64,000 nt of DNA, taken from positions 2,304,001 through 2,368,000 of the forward strand of contig JASGHG010000001.1 in NCBI GenBank assembly GCA_047602425.1. Direction: 5' to 3'. The notes beneath the pieces are model-generated. The model did not search any database. It was given only the letters and a program-made list of their open reading frames with translations, and was not told the origin of the DNA. Numbering within the stretch: the first letter of the stretch is position 1; every line of letters begins with the position of its first letter. The position numbers and the translations under genes were made by a program. This DNA comes from Nibricoccus sp. (GTDB lineage: Bacteria; Verrucomicrobiota; Verrucomicrobiia; Opitutales; Opitutaceae). Below, one piece after another: positions 31,523 through 42,857 of the stretch.

Positions 31523-33739
31523 TTAGAAACCCTGCTGGAGCGTGAGGTAGGCGAGGTAGCCGGAGTAGTTGGTATTGCCACCGGTCGAACCAACTTTGCT
31601 GCTGAGATAACCGACTTTGGCTTCGGCGACGAGGTTGTCGCTGAGCTTGCGTTTCACACCGACGGTGACGGTGTAATCGTCCTGGCTGGCTCCGAGAGCG
31701 GTCGTGGCGTAGAGCGGTTCGTAATTGGAGGCCTTGTAACGGGTGTATTGCAGTTCGGCGTTGGTAACCTTGTCGAGCACGACACCGGTAATAGCGCTGG
31801 CGGTCCAGTGGTTGTTGTCGGCGTTGCGGAGAACGTCGTTGGCGGCGCCACCGGCGCGAGGATAGGCGGTGCTGGTGGTATCGAACACTAGATCGACGTT
31901 GGCCTGGGCGTAGAATTGTTTGATGGGCGTCCAGTCGACGGTGACACCGAAATCATGGCTCTTGAAGTCCATGCTCTGGTATTTTTCTTCGAAATCGACG
32001 GCGGTATCCATCTCGCCATCTCTGCCAACATAGCGGCCGGTGACGGTGAGGGTGGGAAGAACCTTCACGATGCCGGTGAGTTTCTTGGCGGTGTATTCGT
32101 AGCCGAGCACGTACTGGCCACCGACGCTGGTGCCGTAGCCGGTATAGCTATTACGGTGATCCTTGTAGAACACTTCAGCACGGAGCGTGAAAGCGGCACA
32201 GGCATTCCAGTTGGCACCAACCTTGTAATGGCCGTGGTTTTCCTTGGCGTTGTTGAAGCTGGCTGCGAGGCTGGGTCCAACGGTGCCGGAGGCGCCGCTA
32301 CCGACCGTAGTGACGCTGACGCTGGATCCGATTTCGTCGCCGGTCACATAACGGTAGTCCACCGTGGTGTAGAGGGAAACGTTGCGAATGCCGGTGTAGC
32401 GGACGTTGAGTTCGGGCGTCCAGGAACGTTCGCTACGCTCCGCGGTATTGGGTGCGTCAATTGGTATGCTGGTCGAAACGCCCGTGGCTTGAATGAGACG
32501 GGTGTTTTTGTAGACGACCTGATTGTTGCCCTCCATGTCGAGGTCTTCGCCCTTGAGGCCAAGGCTAACATAGAGATCTTTGGTCGGCTTGTAGCTGGCG
32601 CAAAGGTTGGCGGTAAGGACATCCTGCGTCGTATCGCCGGCGAGCGTGGTGTAAGAGTAGGGAGGACGACCGCCAGGAGTGAAGCCGCCGAGAAGATCCT
32701 GAACGCCGGTGCCCGTGGCGATCTTGAGGAACATCTGGCGATCGCCGCCGATTTTGGCGGTGGCGTGTTGGAAGCTAACGCCGCCGTGGAGACCGATTTT
32801 GCTGGTCAGCTGGGTTTCGAACTTGCCGGTGTAGGTGATGATCTTCGGTTCGCTCATTTGGCGGTCGAAGCCGTAAACCGGGTTGTTGGCGAGCGCGGGA
32901 GGAACGAGCGTGGCCGGTGTGGCGGGAATGGCGACGAGGGGCTTGAGTTCGCCGGGATAGCGGTTCACCCAACGGGTGTCGTCGCTTTTTGCGGTGACGT
33001 AAACAGCTTCGAGTTCGACAGTCGTGTTGCCGAAACTGTGCTTGAGCGCGGCTTCGAAGGTTTCCTGGCGCTCGTTCAAGTCGATGTACGAGGCGACGAT
33101 TTTGCGGTTGGCGGAGACTGGGTTCAGCGCGCTGCTGGACCAAATCGGCACGCCGGTGAAATCGGTATCGCCCCAGATCGTGGTGTCCTTGCTGCCGTTG
33201 CGCAGTTCATTCGTGTAGCGCAGCGTAAGAACCGGGAGGTTGGGCAACGTAATCGCGCCGCCCACCCAGAATTTCGAGCGGTCGACGTGGCGGACCTGAG
33301 CGGTCAGAGGGAACCAAGCGTTGTTGGTCGGAAAGAAACCGCCCACACCATCGTAATAGGTGCGAAAACGCTTGTAGCCCATGTCGAACGAGCCGAGTTC
33401 GTTTTTCGAAATCTTAACCTGACCGAGGAAGTCTTGGTTGCCCAAAAGAGCATGGCCGTCGACCGTGAGGCCGAAGTCGTTGCCGAGATCTTTGGTGATT
33501 TGGAAATCCTCAATGCCGGCAAAACCTTCGCGAGCGGTCCAGGTTCTGGCTTCATAGGCGGCCTTGTCGCCGCTGATCCAGCTGCCCTGACCTGAGAGCT
33601 TGATGTAGTTCTCGGTGATGTTGGGCAGCGGATCCGTATCGGGTTTGACGGCGTCGGCGGCATATGCGCTGACGGCCGTAGCCAGAATCGCACCTGCAAA
33701 GAGACCTGAAGCAATAGGGGAATGAAGTTTGGTTTGCAT
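31523..33739 (-). CDS. MtrB/PioB-like outer-membrane beta-barrel porin
   Basis: Signal peptide from ATG 33739, about 740 aa of alternating amphipathic strands, C-terminal LTLQQGF; directly downstream of an MtrA-like cytochrome. Confidence 0.75.
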   Translation of the reverse strand: MQTKLHSPIASGLFAGAILATAVSAYAADAVKPDTDPLPNITENYIKLSGQGSWISGDKAAYEARTWTAREGFAGIEDFQITKDLGNDFGLTVDGHALLGNQDFLGQVKISKNELGSFDMGYKRFRTYYDGVGGFFPTNNAWFPLTAQVRHVDRSKFWVGGAITLPNLPVLTLRYTNELRNGSKDTTIWGDTDFTGVPIWSSSALNPVSANRKIVASYIDLNERQETFEAALKHSFGNTTVELEAVYVTAKSDDTRWVNRYPGELKPLVAIPATPATLVPPALANNPVYGFDRQMSEPKIITYTGKFETQLTSKIGLHGGVSFQHATAKIGGDRQMFLKIATGTGVQDLLGGFTPGGRPPYSYTTLAGDTTQDVLTANLCASYKPTKDLYVSLGLKGEDLDMEGNNQVVYKNTRLIQATGVSTSIPIDAPNTAERSERSWTPELNVRYTGIRNVSLYTTVDYRYVTGDEIGSSVSVTTVGSGASGTVGPSLAASFNNAKENHGHYKVGANWNACAAFTLRAEVFYKDHRNSYTGYGTSVGGQYVLGYEYTAKKLTGIVKVLPTLTVTGRYVGRDGEMDTAVDFEEKYQSMDFKSHDFGVTVDWTPIKQFYAQANVDLVFDTTSTAYPRAGGAANDVLRNADNNHWTASAITGVVLDKVTNAELQYTRYKASNYEPLYATTALGASQDDYTVTVGVKRKLSDNLVAEAKVGYLSSKVGSTGGNTNYSGYLAYLTLQQGF

Positions 33740-33750
33740 GGCGTGGGATG

Positions 33751-34560
33751 TTAGTAGCGCATCGCTTTGCTGGCGTTGGAACCGTGGACGTCTTCGTGGC
33801 AGCCGGCGACCCAGCAGGTGCCGTTCTGCATGCGAGTGCGGTGATCTTCGCCGCCGGCAACAATCTTGCCGTCGCCGACGAACCCGCCGGTCAAAGTGGC
33901 CGGGTGTTCGACGTGACACTTGAGACACAGATTGGAATCGCGCTGGACGAGCATCTTTTGATTCACCGAACCGTGCGGGTTATGGCAGACGGTGCAGCCT
34001 TCGACCATGGCGTTGTGTTTGAAAAGGAAAGGACCCTTCTGGGCCGTATGGCACTTGGTGCAGGTCTCGTTGGGCGTTTCAAGTTCGCCGGCTCCGGTGC
34101 GGGCGACAACGTTGCCCTTGTGCGGATCGTGACACTCGGTGCAGGTCATTTTGCCAGCCATGACGGGATGGCTGTGCGGGAGGCTGAACTCGCCGCGCTT
34201 GTCGAGATGGCACTGGAAGCAACCTTCAGGCGTTTTGCCAGGGTTGATGATGGTGCCTTTGCCGCCGCCTGCCTGGACGTGCTTGCTGCCGGGACCATGG
34301 CAGCTTTCGCAGCCGAGGCCCTTGGCATGTTCGCCCTGCACCATCAATTTGGCGTGGGAAGCCGTGTCGAAATGCTTGGTGGTTTCTTCATGGCATTGGG
34401 CGCACTCTTGCGCGCCGACGAACGTGGCGCCGGCGATCTGGGCCGGAGCGACGACCGTGCGATCGCCCATGACAGTGCAGGAGATAAGGAGTGCAGCCCA
34501 AAGGGTGATGCCTCCGAAGACGAGTGTGTTCTTGGGCCAGCTGCGCGATTTAGATATCAT
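33751..34560 (-). CDS. MtrA/DmsE/PioA-like multiheme cytochrome c (8 heme motifs), probable lipoprotein
   Basis: FVGAQECAQCH, CESCHGPGS.H, CFQCH, SHPV..GKMTCTECHDPH, NETCTKCH..KGPF, CTVCHNPHGS, LCLKCH, CWVAGCH..VHGSN; lipobox LISC. Confidence 0.88.
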   Translation of the reverse strand: MISKSRSWPKNTLVFGGITLWAALLISCTVMGDRTVVAPAQIAGATFVGAQECAQCHEETTKHFDTASHAKLMVQGEHAKGLGCESCHGPGSKHVQAGGGKGTIINPGKTPEGCFQCHLDKRGEFSLPHSHPVMAGKMTCTECHDPHKGNVVARTGAGELETPNETCTKCHTAQKGPFLFKHNAMVEGCTVCHNPHGSVNQKMLVQRDSNLCLKCHVEHPATLTGGFVGDGKIVAGGEDHRTRMQNGTCWVAGCHEDVHGSNASKAMRY

Positions 34561-35077
34561 GATAGGTTCGGCAAAGGTTATTTTGCAGAGGCATGGGGTG
34601 GCTATAACGGTTTGTTAGGGGCACAGACTTTGCCAGAAAACTGGCGAACTGGCTCCTCATTTCTTGCTGAAAATCGCTTCAATAAAGAAAAGTTATTGGT
34701 CTGATTTACAAATGAGCCTGAGGGTATTCCCTATTTTTGTCACCCATTTTTTGACAGGTCCGGGCCGCCAACTCGTTGAACTAAAGGATGGCTAATGCCC
34801 TGGTTTTACAAACACCCACGCGGTTTTTTCGTTGAAAAATCGTATTTGGCCAACCGGGTGTATTCTTAAATGTAATACGCCGGTTCAGGGGCGGTTTTCG
34901 ACAGCGATTTGGCAGGTGGCATATGGTTCCCGTTGGTCGGCACCGCTTCCCTTGGCCGTGGGATGGGTTTCTTGCTTTGGGAAAATGAATCGCTCGGCGC
35001 GCGGCGGAATGGTTTTGCGGAAAAATCCTGCCACTCGGGCTTGCGCCTTTCGCGCGTGCTGTGCTTAACCGCCAGGC

Positions 35078-35689
35078 GTGGACAATCCCGCTCGCACCGC
35101 TGAATATATCGCCCGTCGCGCCGCCCGCTGCGACGATCTTAAACGCACCCTGACCGGGCTGCTTGCCGGGCGGAAGCGCATCACGCTGGAAATCGGCGCG
35201 GGACACGGGCATTTTCTGACCGACTACGCGACGGCGCATCCCGAGGAGTTTTGCATTGGCGTCGATATCGTGCGCGATCGGGTGGAACGCGCGACGCGAA
35301 AGCGTGACCGCGCAAAGCTGTCGAACCTCGTTTTTCTTCTCGCGGAAGCCGGCGAATTTCTCGGCGCGTTGCCGGCGGATGTCGCATTTCAGCGCGTTTT
35401 CGTGCTTTTCCCGGATCCTTGGCCGAAACGCCGACATCACAAAAACCGGCTTATGCAGGCGGAGTTTCTTAGCACCATCGCCACCCGCGCAGAAAAAGCC
35501 GCGCACCTTTGCTTCCGGACCGACCACGCGGCGTATTTTGCGGCGGCGAAGGCGGAAGTTTTGGCGCATCCGGATTGGGAGGTTTTGCCCGAAGCGCCCT
35601 GGCCGTTCGAGCGCGTGACAGTTTTTCAGAGTCGAGCGCCAGCCTATGAATCGCTGGTCGCGGCAAGGCGGTCGGACGCCGCGAAGTAA
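35078..35689 (+). CDS. trmB: tRNA (guanine-N7)-methyltransferase
   Basis: LEIGAGHG, FPDPWPKRRHHKNRL and FRTD motifs. Confidence 0.9.
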   Translation: MDNPARTAEYIARRAARCDDLKRTLTGLLAGRKRITLEIGAGHGHFLTDYATAHPEEFCIGVDIVRDRVERATRKRDRAKLSNLVFLLAEAGEFLGALPADVAFQRVFVLFPDPWPKRRHHKNRLMQAEFLSTIATRAEKAAHLCFRTDHAAYFAAAKAEVLAHPDWEVLPEAPWPFERVTVFQSRAPAYESLVAARRSDAAK

Positions 35690-35924
35690 TATCGGAGATG
35701 GCTGCGGTTGTCGGCTGAAACGCCTGCTCCGCCGAAAATAAAAACGTTAACCACGGCGCGTTCGTGCCGTTAGTAGATTTTTTGTTAGCTCCAGCCTCAA
35801 TTTTTCCACATTGGCTAATCTTTTAGCCCACATAAGCCCTTTGCATTTTCGAAGGTTGACGCTCCTGCGTGCGTTGCTTACTTCAAAACCTTTTCCAACT
35901 CTAAACAGGCCTCTCCCAAAAACC

Positions 35925-36809
35925 ATGCTTCGTGCGAAGAACCTCGCCCTGATCGCCGCATCTTTGGCCACTGCCATGTCTTCGTTCGCAGCTGAAGGCG
36001 AAGGGGTTTCAGCCAAGGTCGCCGTGCTGGTCGATTTTGGCGGCGGTTGGGCGCTCACCAACAGCATGATGACGGGTTGGGCGGTTTCGGCGCTGATTAT
36101 CTCTCTTATATTAGTGCTGGTGGGCAAACCTCAGGTGCTGCCCTCCAAAGGCCAGGCGGTGATCGAGTCGCTGATCGAAGGGCTGCGCGGACTTTTCGAA
36201 CCCATCGTGGGCAAAAAAGCTTTCCCCGCCGTTTTCCCGCTACTCGTTACGTTCTTCATTTTCATCCTCATCCAGAACTGGATGGGTCTTCTGCCCGGCG
36301 TCGGTACGATCGGCTTCGGTCACGATGTCGAAGGCAAATTTCACATGACGCGGCCGTTCATCCGTCCTTTCACGGCTGACTTCAACGGCACCATTGCGCT
36401 CGCGCTGATTTCCTTCGGCGCTTGGTTGATCATCATCTTCAAATATGCAGGGCCGAAGCTGATTCTCTTCGATCTTTTCGGTAACAAGGCCGACAAAAAG
36501 GAGACACCTGTCGTCCTCTATTTCGTGCTTTCGATTGTTTTCCTGTTGGTCGGCTTCATCGAAGTTTTCTCGATCTGTATCCGCCCCTTCACGCTGTCTG
36601 TGCGTCTCTTTGGCAACATCTTTGGCGGTGAAAACCTCCTTCATGGAACGGGTTTCTTTTTTGTCTTCTATTTCATGGAGCTGCTCGTCGGCCTGATTCA
36701 AGCCACGGTTTTCACGCTCCTTAGCTCCGTCTATATCGGTTTGATGTGTAACCACGGCGACGACCACGAGCACGAAGGCGAACACGTCCAAACTGAATCC
36801 CACCACTAA
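35925..36809 (+). CDS. atpB: F0 ATP synthase subunit a
   Basis: NWMGLLP, IRPFTLSVRLFGNI (essential Arg), IQATVFTLL. Start placed at ATG 35925. Confidence 0.93.
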   Translation: MLRAKNLALIAASLATAMSSFAAEGEGVSAKVAVLVDFGGGWALTNSMMTGWAVSALIISLILVLVGKPQVLPSKGQAVIESLIEGLRGLFEPIVGKKAFPAVFPLLVTFFIFILIQNWMGLLPGVGTIGFGHDVEGKFHMTRPFIRPFTADFNGTIALALISFGAWLIIIFKYAGPKLILFDLFGNKADKKETPVVLYFVLSIVFLLVGFIEVFSICIRPFTLSVRLFGNIFGGENLLHGTGFFFVFYFMELLVGLIQATVFTLLSSVYIGLMCNHGDDHEHEGEHVQTESHH

Positions 36810-36881
36810 ACCCTTTACCGCCGGGAGCGTGCCAACGAGTGCGCACGGCGGCAACTGCAACCTCCAAACATATCCAATAAC

Positions 36882-37097
36882 ATGATCCTCGCTGAAGCTG
36901 TTAACGCCATTACCGGCAATCTCGCTAGCGCATTCGGTCTTCTCGGCGCCGCCATCGGCGTCGGTTTGATCGGCACCAAAGCCGCCGAAGCCGTCGGCCG
37001 CAACCCCGGCGCCTCGGGCAAAATCCTCGTTCAAGCCATCATCGGTATGGCGCTCGCCGAAGGTCTCGGCGTTCTCGCGCTGTTCCTCGCCAAGTAA
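36882..37097 (+). CDS. atpE: F0 ATP synthase subunit c (H+-type)
   Basis: GxAIGVG, GRNP loop, MALAEGL; the Na+-type Q/ES/T signature is absent. Confidence 0.93.
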   Translation: MILAEAVNAITGNLASAFGLLGAAIGVGLIGTKAAEAVGRNPGASGKILVQAIIGMALAEGLGVLALFLAK

Positions 37098-37160
37098 GAA
37101 TCCCTTCCCTGGTTGCGCTGCCTAAACCTCAGCGCAACCAACCTCTTTTCCGCTCCCGCC

Positions 37161-37724
37161 ATGCTGACCTCACTTTTCCTCGCAGTTGCCGAAGCCCACG
37201 GCGCCGTTGCCGGCGCGGCCGAACCTGGCCTCGTTGAAAAATTCGGCATCGAGTGGCACTACGTCGTTTTCCAAGGCATCAGTTTCCTCATTCTCTTTGG
37301 CGTGTTGTACAAGTTCGGCATCAAGCCGACGATCACCGCCATGGAGGAACGTCAGCATAAAATCGACTCCGGACTCAAGTATGCCGAGCAGATGAAGTCT
37401 CAACTCGCCTCCTCGCAGCAGGAGACGGCCGCCCTCCTCAAGAACGCTCAGCTCGAAGCCACCCGGATCATCGAAGAGTCCCGCAAAACCGCGAAGGATT
37501 TTGCCGACAAGGTTCAAAAAGAATCCACCGAGCGCGCCGCCGACCAGCTCGCCAAGGCCCAACAGGCCATCGAACTCGAGCACAAGAAAATGCTCGCCGA
37601 CGCCCGCAGCGAAATCGCCCGCCTTGTCGTCACCACGACCGAACGCGTCCTCGCCAAGAAGCTTTCCGACGCCGATCGCGCTGGCTTCAACGAAGCCGCC
37701 GCCAAAGAACTCTCGTCGGTCTGA
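37161..37724 (+). CDS. atpF: F0 ATP synthase subunit b
   Basis: TM segment followed by KP...MEERQHKI and a long coiled coil; operon position. Confidence 0.92.
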   Translation: MLTSLFLAVAEAHGAVAGAAEPGLVEKFGIEWHYVVFQGISFLILFGVLYKFGIKPTITAMEERQHKIDSGLKYAEQMKSQLASSQQETAALLKNAQLEATRIIEESRKTAKDFADKVQKESTERAADQLAKAQQAIELEHKKMLADARSEIARLVVTTTERVLAKKLSDADRAGFNEAAAKELSSV

Positions 37725-37745
37725 TCGCAAATTTCCCTCTAGAAA

Positions 37746-38138
37746 ATGGCCGCCAACAAACAAGTCCAGCAACTCGCCCGTCAGCTCTTTAACCTGAGCT
37801 TCGCCGACGGCCAGCTGTCGGCCGCGCGGGTCAGCGGCGTATTGGGCTACGTCGAGAAAACCAAGCCCGCGCATACGCTCGCCGTCCTCAAGACCTACCA
37901 CCGCCTCGTCGCAAACGAATTGGCGAAAAGCCAGGCCGTCGTTGAGCACGCCGGCGCAGTATCCGATTCTTTGTTACAAACCATCGCGGCCGCCATGACT
38001 ACGAAGTACGGCCGCACGATTGCCGCCACCGCCCATCCCAATCCGAAACTCCTCGCCGGCCTGCGTGTACGCGTCGGCGACGACGTATACGAATCCTCCG
38101 TCGCCGGTCAGCTGAGTCAGCTCGCCGCCCAAGTATAA
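37746..38138 (+). CDS. atpH: F1 ATP synthase subunit delta (short form)
   Basis: [19 protein letters not shown]-terminal OSCP motif; operon position. Confidence 0.88.
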   Translation: MAANKQVQQLARQLFNLSFADGQLSAARVSGVLGYVEKTKPAHTLAVLKTYHRLVANELAKSQAVVEHAGAVSDSLLQTIAAAMTTKYGRTIAATAHPNPKLLAGLRVRVGDDVYESSVAGQLSQLAAQV

Positions 38139-38169
38139 CCCTTTTAAACAACCAAAACCTCTCGCCCGC

Positions 38170-39696
38170 ATGAGCACGGTCATCGAACAAATCGAACAAC
38201 AGATCGCCAAACTGCAGAACAAAGCGGTTAAAAAGAACACCGGCACCATCCGCACCGTCGCCGACGGCGTGGCCAAGCTCGATGGCCTCTCCGAGGTCAT
38301 GTACAACGAGATGGTCCAGTTTCCCGGCGGCGCCATCGGCATCGCGCTCAACCTCGAAGAAGACGAAGTTGGCTGCGTCGTCCTTGGTGACGTTGCTGGC
38401 CTCAAGGAAGGCGACGAAGTCCAGACCACGGGCCGCCTCCTCTCCGTACCCGTCGGCAAGGCGCTCCTTGGCCGCGTGGTCGACGCGCTCGGTCGTCCGG
38501 TCGACGGCAAAGGTCCGATCGACTCCAAGGAATTTTACCCGGTCGAAAAGATCGCCCCCGGCATCATCGTCCGCAAATCCGTTACCCAACCACTCTTTAC
38601 CGGTATTACCGCGATCGACTCCATGATCCCGATCGGTCGCGGCCAACGCGAGCTCATCATCGGCGACCGCGGCACCGGCAAGACGACTATCGCGATTGAT
38701 ACCATCATCAACAACGCGCGCATCAACCGCGTCGGCCTGGCTTCGGGCGACAAATCCTTCCGTCCCGTCTATTCGATCTACGTCGCGATTGGCCAAAAGA
38801 ATTCCAACATCGTCCGCACCATGACCGCCCTCGAGGCGGCTGGCGCGCTTGAATACACCATTATCGTCGCCGCCCCTGCGGCCGACAATCCCGCTAACCA
38901 GTACCTTGCACCATACTCAGGCGCCGCCATGGGCGAATGGTTCATGGAAAATGACATGGACGCGCTGATCGTTTACGACGATCTCTCGAAGCACGCCGTC
39001 GCCTACCGCCAGATTTCGCTGATTCTGAAACGTCCCTCCGGCCGCGAAGCTTTTCCCGGCGACGTTTTCTATCTCCACAGCCGCCTCCTCGAACGCGCCG
39101 CCCGCCTCGCTGGCAAAGGCTCGCTCACCGCGCTGCCCATCATCGAAACCCTCGCGGGCGATCTCGCGGCGTACATTCCGACGAACGTCATTTCGATCAC
39201 CGATGGCCAGATCTTCCTCGAAACCGACCTCTTCAACCAAGGCATCCGTCCTGCGGTTTCCGTCGGTCTCTCCGTTTCGCGCGTCGGTTCCTCCGCGCAG
39301 ATCAAGGCCACCAAACAGGTCGCTGGTAAACTCAAGGGCGAGCTCGCCCAGTTCCGCGAACTTGCCGCTTTCGCTCAGTTCGGTGCCGATCTGGACGCCA
39401 AGACCAAAGCCCAGCTCGACCGCGGTTCCCGCATCGTCGAACTCTTCAAGCAACCGCAGCTCAACCCGATCTCGATCGAGCTTCAGGCCGCCTTCCTCTG
39501 GGCCATGCAGAAGAATTATTTCGACGGCATCGACGTGAAAAAAATCGTCGCCGCCGCCGCCAAGCTCCGCGAATTTTTCGCCACCCGCAAGCAGCCGCTT
39601 CTCGACAAGATCCGCAACAAGGCCGCCATCGACGCCGAGCTCGAAACCGAGCTCAAGGCCGCCTGCGACGAGTGGAAATCTTCCTTCACTGCTTGA
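38170..39696 (+). CDS. atpA: F1 ATP synthase subunit alpha
   Basis: [17 protein letters not shown] and [20 protein letters not shown] motifs. Confidence 0.97.
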   Translation: MSTVIEQIEQQIAKLQNKAVKKNTGTIRTVADGVAKLDGLSEVMYNEMVQFPGGAIGIALNLEEDEVGCVVLGDVAGLKEGDEVQTTGRLLSVPVGKALLGRVVDALGRPVDGKGPIDSKEFYPVEKIAPGIIVRKSVTQPLFTGITAIDSMIPIGRGQRELIIGDRGTGKTTIAIDTIINNARINRVGLASGDKSFRPVYSIYVAIGQKNSNIVRTMTALEAAGALEYTIIVAAPAADNPANQYLAPYSGAAMGEWFMENDMDALIVYDDLSKHAVAYRQISLILKRPSGREAFPGDVFYLHSRLLERAARLAGKGSLTALPIIETLAGDLAAYIPTNVISITDGQIFLETDLFNQGIRPAVSVGLSVSRVGSSAQIKATKQVAGKLKGELAQFRELAAFAQFGADLDAKTKAQLDRGSRIVELFKQPQLNPISIELQAAFLWAMQKNYFDGIDVKKIVAAAAKLREFFATRKQPLLDKIRNKAAIDAELETELKAACDEWKSSFTA

Positions 39697-39715
39697 GCAA
39701 GCGCTGACCTAACCC

Positions 39716-42024
<2,309 letters not shown>

Positions 42025-42033
42025 TTCCAAACC

Positions 42034-42441
42034 ATGTCCCTCACGCTCGAAATCGTCACACCTGAAGCCCGTGTCTATTCCGACACGGTCGACACCGTCG
42101 TCATTCCGACGACCGAGGGCGAGATCGGCATCCTCCCCGGCCATATTCCGCTCCTCACGCAAGTTGGCGCGGGCGAACTTCGCGTGCAGAAAGGCAATAA
42201 AACCGAACTGCTTGCCGTAGGTAATGGCTTCGCTGAGATCGACGGCGACAAGGTCTCGATCCTCGCCGAAAGTGCCATCACGGAAGAAAAGATCGACGTC
42301 GACGCCGCCGAAAAAGCCATGCAACGCGCCCAGGATGCGCTGCGCGGCAGAGACTCGCTCGATGTGGCCGAGGTGGAACGTCTCGAAAGTATTGTCCGTT
42401 CGTCGGTCATCCAAATCGATCTTAAGCGCCGCCGTCGCTGA
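42034..42441 (+). CDS. atpC: F1 ATP synthase subunit epsilon
   Basis: LEIVTPE and GEIGILPGHIP motifs; last gene of the operon. Confidence 0.95.
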   Translation: MSLTLEIVTPEARVYSDTVDTVVIPTTEGEIGILPGHIPLLTQVGAGELRVQKGNKTELLAVGNGFAEIDGDKVSILAESAITEEKIDVDAAEKAMQRAQDALRGRDSLDVAEVERLESIVRSSVIQIDLKRRRR

Positions 42442-42469
42442 TCAACGGATCAACCGGTTTCTCTTTTCA

Positions 42470-42496
42470 GGGGCGCACACGTTTGCGCCCTTTTTT
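42470..42496 (+). terminator. Rho-independent terminator of the atp operon
   Basis: GGGCGCA-loop-TGCGCCC followed by T6. Confidence 0.8.
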
Positions 42497-42549
42497 AGTT
42501 TTACTCCCTGTGGGTCCAAATGCCCCGAAGCTCGCTTCGGCTTGGTGAG

Positions 42550-42612
42550 TTGTAGGAGCGGGTTTATCCCGCGATGGTTCAGAAAAATCGCGGCGTAAAG
42601 CCGCTCCTACAA
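42550..42612. repeat. GTAG-type REP doublet (REPIN-like inverted pair)
   Basis: TTGTAGGAGCGGGTTTATCCCGCGAT ... ATCGCGGCGTAAAGCCGCTCCTACAA: two inverted units, each beginning GTAG with an internal hairpin. Confidence 0.75.
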
Positions 42613-42857
42613 TTTCGGCAATGCCTCGGGGCTTGCCCCGAGGATCTTTACTGGAGTAGCCCCGGCGGCCATTTCCGACTTTGCCGGGTTTTTTGTGCCT
42701 ATTGTCTGGTCTCGCTTTTTCCGACGCGACGGCCAATCTCCCGACTAATAAAGTCGGTCCACGAGCGTAGGGTAATGTGCAGGCCGCAGTGATCCGCCGC
42801 GGCCCGGCTTTTTTGCCACGCGTCACGTCATCACCTCATAGCCTTTCGGGAACCGCC

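Noticed and set aside
33740..33928. N-terminal extension of the porin ORF to 33928
   Set aside because: It overlaps the cytochrome gene, and the signal peptide starts at ATG 33739. Likewise the extensions at 7574, 35811, 37113, 42777, 57723 and 58679 were trimmed.
36882..37097. Na+-translocating or N-type ATPase
   Set aside because: Subunit c lacks the Na+-binding signature and the gene order is the standard atpBEFHAGDC.
37746..38138. Truncated atpH pseudogene
   Set aside because: It has a clean start and stop, an intact C-terminal motif and normal operon spacing, so a short functional form is more likely.
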